Assembly (NCBI GenBank): GCA_030674475.1
Contig: JAUSCZ010000037.1
Coordinates: 1 to 60,805, forward strand
Length of the DNA: 60,805 nt
Source: Candidatus Omnitrophota bacterium
GTDB lineage: Bacteria > Omnitrophota > Gorgyraeia > Gygaellales > UBA12090
Reading direction: 5' to 3'
A model generated the notes under the pieces. That model ran no database searches. It was given only the letters and a program-made list of their open reading frames with translations, and was not told where the DNA came from. The position numbers were made by a program, and so were the translations under genes. Below, one piece after another: positions 56,354 through 60,805 of the stretch. Within the stretch, counting starts at the first letter, position 1; every line of letters begins with the position of its first letter.

Positions 56354-57622
56354 TTATTTCTTTAGGTATTCGTTAAACCTATGGATTATTGTATCCGGAA
56401 TCTGGGCGGTGATGGCGATGGACTTGCTGTTATATTTTATTTTTTCTACCTGGCCTTCCCGGTAAATCAGGTCTACCAAGCTCATCTTATCTAAAGGAAG
56501 AGATAGCTCGATTCTTTGTATGGTTTTAGCGACTTTTTGGGATATTCGGGACAAGAGTCCGTCTATATTTTCTTTTTTTAGGGCCGAGATGGCTACGGAA
56601 TCAGGAAAATCCAGTTTGTATTTCTCAATCCAGTTTTGCTCCTCTAATTTATCTACTTTATTTAAGACGGTGATAACCGGCTTACCCGCGCAATCTAATT
56701 CTTTGAGCACCGCCTCCACTGCCTGATGATAATCGTAGCGTAGGGCCGAGGATATATCTAGAACATGCAGCAGCAAATCCGCCTCTTTGACGTCTTCTAA
56801 AGTGGCCTTGAAGGCCTCAATCAGATGGTGGGGCAGGTTATGCAAAAATCCCACGGTATCTGAAATTATTACCTTTTGATGGTTAGGCAGAATCAGGATT
56901 CTGCTTAAAGGATCCAGGGTAGTAAAGAGCTGGTTATCGGCTAATTGATGTTCGTTGACCAGGGTGTTGAGCAGAGTAGTTTTTCCGGCATTGGTGTAGC
57001 CCACCAGAGCAATCAGCGGTAATTTTTGCGCTATTCTTTTTTTGCGGATTAGATACCGTTGGGAGCGGATTTTTTCTAAATCCGCCTTTAGCCGGGTAAT
57101 CCGGCCGCGAATTCTCCGGCGGTCAAGCTCAAGTTTTTGTTCTCCCGGGCCGGATGTGCCGATGCCGCCTCCTAAGCGGGAGAGCATTATGCCTTTACCG
57201 GTCAGCCGGGGCAGAAGATATTCCAGTTGAGCCAGCTCCACCTGGGTTTTCCCCTCCGGGGATTTAGCGTGCCGGGAGAAGATGTCCAAAATAAGCTGGG
57301 TGCGGTCAATTACCTTGCGTCCGATCGCCTCTTCCAGGTTTCTCTGCTGGGTTCCGGAGAGGTCAACCGAGAATAGCACTACATCAGCATTAAATTCAGC
57401 GGCGATCAGGTTTAACTCTTCGGCCTTGCCTTTGCCGATAAAAAGGTTGGGCGAGGGATTATCATAATGGCAGGTTAATTCCTCAATAATCTCCAGCCCC
57501 GCGGTCTTGGCTAATTCCTTTAATTCCCCGGCCTCATCTTCAATCTTAAGCGCCTTATCCCTGAAGGCGAATACGTCAACTGTAACTAATAAGGCCTTTT
57601 CTTTTTGATTCAGCTCGATCAT
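56354..57622 (-). CDS. hflX: GTPase HflX
   Basis: QVELAQL.Y.LPRL, GPGE..LE.DRR, GYTNAGKT, DTVGF, NKVD. Confidence 0.97.
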   Translation of the reverse strand: MIELNQKEKALLVTVDVFAFRDKALKIEDEAGELKELAKTAGLEIIEELTCHYDNPSPNLFIGKGKAEELNLIAAEFNADVVLFSVDLSGTQQRNLEEAIGRKVIDRTQLILDIFSRHAKSPEGKTQVELAQLEYLLPRLTGKGIMLSRLGGGIGTSGPGEQKLELDRRRIRGRITRLKADLEKIRSQRYLIRKKRIAQKLPLIALVGYTNAGKTTLLNTLVNEHQLADNQLFTTLDPLSRILILPNHQKVIISDTVGFLHNLPHHLIEAFKATLEDVKEADLLLHVLDISSALRYDYHQAVEAVLKELDCAGKPVITVLNKVDKLEEQNWIEKYKLDFPDSVAISALKKENIDGLLSRISQKVAKTIQRIELSLPLDKMSLVDLIYREGQVEKIKYNSKSIAITAQIPDTIIHRFNEYLKK

Positions 57623-57698
57623 TTTAGATGAGGTTGTATTCCAGTTTATTTATGTCTAAATTATGGTAATAGTTTAGTTTTCAGAAGCAAACCGAAAT

Positions 57699-57803
57699 GT
57701 CATTCCCGCGAAAGCGGGAATCCAGACGCCTGCCTGCCGGTAGGCAGGGAACTATCTGGATTGCGTCCTCCGGCTTGACCGGGGGATCAAGCCGGACAAT
57801 GAC
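57699..57803. repeat. Composite palindromic element (GTCATTCCCGCGAAAGCGGGAATCCAG ... CTGGATT...AATGAC) with nested CCTGCC palindrome
   Basis: Seen directly. Supplies the last codons of miaA. Confidence 0.8.
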
Positions 57804-58744
57804 GCTAATTTGGACAGCAATGATTGTATTCTTTTGATTAATTGTTTGTCATCGGCATCTAACCAGATAATCTTTTTATCTTTCCTGAACCAGGTCAATT
57901 GTCTTTTGGCGTAATTACGGGTGTTTTTTTTAAGTAGGTCTTTGGCCTGTTCTAAATCGTGCTTTCCTTCCAGGTAATCCCGGATTTCCCGGATTCCGAT
58001 GGCCTGTTTACAGGTAAGGCTTAAGTTTCCAGTGAGCAGTTTTTTTACCTCATTTACCAGGCCGCGCTCAAACATCTCATCTACTCTCCGGTCTATGCTT
58101 TTATATAAAACCTCCCGGTCCTTATTTAATCCAAAAACAATAACTTCATATTTATCCAAAAGGCCTTTTCTTTTTTTCTGTAGTTCGGAGATCGGCTTTC
58201 CGGTGAGTTTATACACCTCAAGCGCCCGGATGATTCGCTTGGTGTCATGGGGATGGATCCTTGCGGCGGACTCTTTATCTACCTCTTTTAGTTTTTGATG
58301 AAGATGTTCGCTTCCTAAAATTTCCGCCTCATGGTAAAACTCCTGACGCAGGGCCTCATCCTTGCCCGCTCCGGTAAAGATTCCCTCCAGGAGCACTTTT
58401 AGATAAAGTCCGGTGCCGCCAACAAACAAGGGAATTTTACCTTTTTGGTAAATGTCCTTAATTGCCTTGACGGCCAATCTCCGGTAGCAAGCGGCATCAA
58501 ACTCTTTATCCGGGCTTAGGATGTCTATGAGATGATGTTTGATTTCCCGGCGCTGTTTTAGGCCCGGCTTTGAGCTTAAGATATCAATCCCTTGATAGAC
58601 TTGCATTGAGTCCAGAGAGATTATTTCGGCATTGATTTTCCGGGCTAATTTTAAGGATAACTCGGTTTTTCCCACCGCGGTAGGGCCGGTGAGAAAGATT
58701 ATTTTTGGCTGTGGGTGTGAGTGGGGCTCAGGCCGGTGGGTCAT
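57752..58744 (-). CDS. miaA: tRNA dimethylallyltransferase
   Basis: GPTAVGKT, DSMQVY, VGGTGLY, RALEV, YAKRQLTWFR. Confidence 0.97.
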   Translation of the reverse strand: MTHRPEPHSHPQPKIIFLTGPTAVGKTELSLKLARKINAEIISLDSMQVYQGIDILSSKPGLKQRREIKHHLIDILSPDKEFDAACYRRLAVKAIKDIYQKGKIPLFVGGTGLYLKVLLEGIFTGAGKDEALRQEFYHEAEILGSEHLHQKLKEVDKESAARIHPHDTKRIIRALEVYKLTGKPISELQKKRKGLLDKYEVIVFGLNKDREVLYKSIDRRVDEMFERGLVNEVKKLLTGNLSLTCKQAIGIREIRDYLEGKHDLEQAKDLLKKNTRNYAKRQLTWFRKDKKIIWLDADDKQLIKRIQSLLSKLASLSGLIPRSSRRTQSR

Positions 58745-59505
58745 TAAGGATAGATTCTGGAGGGATAACCTTTTTCTTCTAATATTTGCTTTAGGCTTTC
58801 AGCCTGTTGGCGAGTGTTTAATTTTCCCACGCGCACCCGGTAAAGGGTTTTCGCGCCTGAGTTTGTTTCTTCAATATAGGCGTCAAAATTACTCTTTTTG
58901 AGATTTTCTGAAAGTTTTTTGGCGTTCTGGGGATTGGCAAAAGAGCCGACCTGAACCGTAAAAAACTGATTATTTATTTCGTTAACTATATTAGTAGGAA
59001 TATTTGCCTCTAAACTCAAGGGGTATTTTTGCTTTAGGTTATCCGTGTATTCCTTGGCTTTGGACCAACTTCCGGACTTTAAAGCGCATTGGCTTAATCT
59101 TAAGAGCAGGGCGCTGGCCAATTTGGAATTAGCTTTAAGCGTGTCTTCATACAGCTGTCCGGCTTTAGAATAATCTTGCTCCATAAAAAAGGTATCGGCA
59201 TAAGCTAATTTTGCCACTTCAAGATAACGGCTGGACTTGAAATTATCCATCACCTGGGTAAGTTTTTCCCGGGCCTTCTCAGTATCGTTTATTCTTAAGA
59301 AATTCAGGCCGGCTAAATAAAGCGCGCTGTCCGGTGAATTGTCTCTGGCGATATTAATTCCGCATTCGTTGAGGCTCTCGCTGTAACTGCCTTGTAAATA
59401 TAAAGAGGCGGCTTTGTTTAGGGTGTCGGCATAGAGAGAGATAGTCAATAGTCCACAGTCAATAGTCAGTAGAAAAAAAATAAAGAAGAGTGTTTTGGGT
59501 TTCAT
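58744..59505 (-). CDS. TPR + SPOR domain protein
   Basis: Signal peptide, TPR-like helices, FTVQVGSF....NA...YRVRVG. Confidence 0.88.
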   Translation of the reverse strand: MKPKTLFFIFFLLTIDCGLLTISLYADTLNKAASLYLQGSYSESLNECGINIARDNSPDSALYLAGLNFLRINDTEKAREKLTQVMDNFKSSRYLEVAKLAYADTFFMEQDYSKAGQLYEDTLKANSKLASALLLRLSQCALKSGSWSKAKEYTDNLKQKYPLSLEANIPTNIVNEINNQFFTVQVGSFANPQNAKKLSENLKKSNFDAYIEETNSGAKTLYRVRVGKLNTRQQAESLKQILEEKGYPSRIYP

Positions 59506-60764
59506 GTTTTTGATTTTAATTCCCGGGAAATTTGTCTTTGCGAATCGAGTAAAATTTTATGCCGTCTTTCTTTTTCATCTTTAGGCACGTCGTCTTTAAG
59601 TTTTTCAGCTTTGGTATTGAGCCGGGGCGAATATTTAAAGATGTAGGCGTGGTTAAATCGGACTGCCTCCAGCAGCTTTTTGGTTTCTAGGAAATCTTCC
59701 TCAGTTTCTCCGGGAAACCCCACAATTACATCCGTAGAAAGCACGCCTTCCGGAATAATCTTTCGGTATTGCTTAGCCAGCTCCAGATAATGCTTTGAGC
59801 TGTAACCCCTATGCATTAACTCTAATATTCTATTTGAACCGGATTGAAAAGGCAAGTGTAAATATTTTTTTAATTTTTCTAAATCCGCCATAGCCTGAAA
59901 AAGCCCCGGCGAGGCATCCTTGGGGTGTGAAGTTACAAAGCTGAATTCCCGTAAACCGTCTATATTATTAACCAACTCCAATAATTGTATAAAATTAACT
60001 ATTGACCGCGAACGGTATTCCCTCCCCCTATGTGGGGAGGGCAAGGGAGGGGGTGATATCCGTATTTCCTGATCTTGACTGACAGCTTTGAACTGATACG
60101 CGTTCACATTCTGGCCTAAAAGAGTGATTGACTTAATCCCCTTTTTAATGCAGCTTTCAATCTCTTTCTGGATATTTTCTGGATTGCGATGGCGCAGCCG
60201 TAAGCGCACATACGGCACAATACAGTAAGAGCAGAAGTTATCGCACCCCTCGGAAATAACCACAAAGGAATGATTTTCTTCCTGGCGAAACTCAGGCTGA
60301 TACACGAATTCATCACGATTAGCTTTACCCACAGATAGCTTTCGTTTTATGTCTTGGGCCTTACGTCTGGTGTCAAAAATATCTTTTAACAATTGAGGAA
60401 TTTCCCCGATATTATTCGTTCCCACCACCAAGTCTATTCCCGGCATCCTTTTAAAAGCACTATCCTTATAATTCTCCGCCATACAGCCGATCAACCCAAT
60501 AACCGGCTTAGGCACCATTTTAGAAAACCGGCCAATCTCCGACCAAACCTTATCCTCCGCATGCTGGCGCACCGAACACGCCACTAATAATACCGTATCA
60601 GCCCTCTTTTCTTCCTCTGTTATCCCAAAGCCTTGTTCCAGAAGCAGTCCCGTAATCACTTCAGAATCTCTAAGATTCATCTGACAACCGTAGGTTGCAA
60701 TATACACACTTCTCGGTCTGTCTGTGTTTTTGTTGCTATCTCCTGGTTTTTCAATGTGTTGCAC
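59502..60764 (-). CDS. miaB: tRNA methylthiotransferase MiaB (no TRAM domain)
   Basis: TYGCQMN..DSE, CSVR, EGCDNFCSYCIVPY, GQNVNAY, TSHP, IVGFPGETEEDF, FKYSPR. GAGGAGG RBS. Confidence 0.93.
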   Translation of the reverse strand: MQHIEKPGDSNKNTDRPRSVYIATYGCQMNLRDSEVITGLLLEQGFGITEEEKRADTVLLVACSVRQHAEDKVWSEIGRFSKMVPKPVIGLIGCMAENYKDSAFKRMPGIDLVVGTNNIGEIPQLLKDIFDTRRKAQDIKRKLSVGKANRDEFVYQPEFRQEENHSFVVISEGCDNFCSYCIVPYVRLRLRHRNPENIQKEIESCIKKGIKSITLLGQNVNAYQFKAVSQDQEIRISPPPLPSPHRGREYRSRSIVNFIQLLELVNNIDGLREFSFVTSHPKDASPGLFQAMADLEKLKKYLHLPFQSGSNRILELMHRGYSSKHYLELAKQYRKIIPEGVLSTDVIVGFPGETEEDFLETKKLLEAVRFNHAYIFKYSPRLNTKAEKLKDDVPKDEKERRHKILLDSQRQISRELKSKT

Positions 60765-60805
60765 TCTTTTAACACCTCCTCATACATTTGCTGAAATGGT
60801 GGGTA

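Overview
Bacterial chromosomal window from a diderm (LptD present). Gene content and style suggest Candidatus Omnitrophota/PVC, which is an inference. The window appears to span the replication terminus: a near-canonical XerCD dif site (ACTTCCTCTAA-TATATC-TTATGTTAACT) lies at 18934-18961, and genes converge on it from both sides. The left arm carries a truncated multi-Ig surface protein, a PEP-CTERM module (prsK, prsR, two PEP-CTERM proteins, a sugar transferase, with sigma54 promoters), a TPR lipoprotein, a GAF kinase/NtrC/PocR-GAF cluster and rpoN. Left of dif is a free-standing LAGLIDADG+HTH pair, possibly bounded by a second, degenerate dif. Right of dif is an ~8 kb co-oriented cassette array: five toxin-antitoxin pairs, an orphan antitoxin behind a cas3'::higB' fusion remnant, an ORF6N gene and a Pif1-WYL helicase. 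The array is punctuated by GTAG-type REPs, three copies of an unrecognised leader/terminator element, a MITE and a displaced copy of the 3' end of the neighbouring radical SAM gene. The right arm is mostly housekeeping: smc with an atypical mini-hinge, rfb/ugd/lptD, diguanylate cyclases, accD, the CIRCE-clpB-hrcA-grpE-dnaK-dnaJ operon, hflX, miaA and miaB. Many short palindromic and heptamer repeats occur, several inserted in frame in genes. No rRNA, tRNA or CRISPR array was recognised.
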